Assembly (NCBI GenBank): GCA_013265495.1
Contig: MU057724.1
Location: forward strand, 1,503,102 to 1,567,101
Source: Vicugna vicugna
Taxonomy: Eukaryota
Direction: 5' to 3'
DNA: 64,000 nucleotides
Positions 62,881-64,000 of the stretch are shown here, one piece after another. The translations under genes were made by a program, and so were the position numbers. A model generated the notes under the pieces. It made no database searches. It had not been told where the DNA came from and worked only from the letters and a program-made list of their open reading frames with translations. Every line of letters starts with the position of its first letter. The first letter of the stretch is position 1.

Positions 62881-64000
62881 GTGGCCCCGAGCCAGCCCCA
62901 AAGGACAAGCGAGCAGACAGCTGACCGGTGAGTCCTGACCTAGAAAGGCGGGAGCAAGGCCTTCCCAGGTCTGGAAACCAGACTGGGCGCCCCGCACGGA
63001 GAAGCCGGGCCCAGGGCCACAGAGCTAACCCCAGTAAATCCGCGCCACAGACGAGGCGCTGCTCCCGCCCCTGAAGGCCGCCCCTCCTCCCCTCAGCGCC
63101 TGCCTTCCTGGCCCGGGAAGCCCAGCAGGTCACAGCCAGGTCGTCCTCAGTCACCTGACGCCCACTTCCAGCTCTTAGAAGTGAGTGCTCTGGTGGATGA
63201 ACGACCCAAGCTCTGTTTTCCCTCCTCCAGAGTTTCTTAACTTCTTTTGAACCATCCCCCTCGTTTGAATTTTCACCACAAGTAAAACGGGTTTAGCACA
63301 GACAGTTCTCAGCACAGCCTTCCCGCCGCCACCCGCCAGACGTGCGCCTGCGTGCCCGTCTGGGACCTGGGTAACCGGGCGGGACGGAGACGGCCTTCTG
63401 TTGGGAGGCCGCCTGCTGCACGGAACCAGCTGAACTCAGGGCCAGAGACGGGGAGGGGGGTTAAAACTGCGCACGCTTGACTCAACATCACAGCTACTGG
63501 GACGCTGCCGACAAATCACACAGGGACATCTCTCATCAGCAGAAGCTGTGGTTTGTACTCCACAGGAAGTAAAGTAATTGACAAATCCTGATTTTTGCAT
63601 TTAAACATTTTACATCAGCAATTCACACTAAGTGCTTCGGAAGGAACGCATCACCCCTCCCAGCGCGGCCGCCCTGAGGCCCCGCTGATCTCGGCCGTGC
63701 ATTTCCCCCAGCGCCTCCCGGGAATAAATCGCCCCAATTCTGGACTCGCCCGGGGACGCCCTGTAAGTCGAATGCTTTCTGCTGGACTTCAATCTCACTC
63801 ACGGCGGGTATTTGTATTCGCTAGTAATGAATGTGAAAAACGCCCAGGAGGACATTTTTGTCCCCAGCAGGGGAATAGAACAACCCAAAGAGCTCTATGA
63901 GATTATAATGCAGACGGCCCTAAGTGTTTTGTCCATATGATTTGACAAATTTTCTAAGAAAATTTTTTCCAAAAAAAAAACTTACTACTTTAAGTCTATT

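Overview
This window is mammalian nuclear DNA, most likely camelid. The basis for that is a tRNA-derived SINE resembling the camelid Vic-1 type and cetartiodactyl-style L1 3' ends; this is inference from remembered consensus sequences, not a database result. I recognise no cellular protein-coding gene. The ORF track is explained by L1 ORF2 remnants, simple repeats, N-gaps and GC-rich chance ORFs. Supported content: a CpG island/promoter-like region at ~37.2-38.45 kb whose core lies in a 483-bp assembly gap; several solo LTRs (ERV1-like, MER34-like, MaLR, and one ERV2-like with a perfect 6-bp TSD); L1, L2, MIR and DNA-transposon relics; three SINEs; a tailless 3'-truncated 5S rRNA retropseudogene with TSDs; and a 5'-inverted (twin-primed) L1. 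The most unusual raw-sequence signals are a perfect 24-bp-arm palindrome at 43901-43949 and a short telomeric repeat at an L1 breakpoint. Old repeats also appear shifted from AT to GC, and there are hints of a minus-strand spliced non-coding transcript from the CpG island. I found no evidence for a new multi-gene biological system. Repeat family names are from memory and need RepeatMasker/Dfam confirmation.
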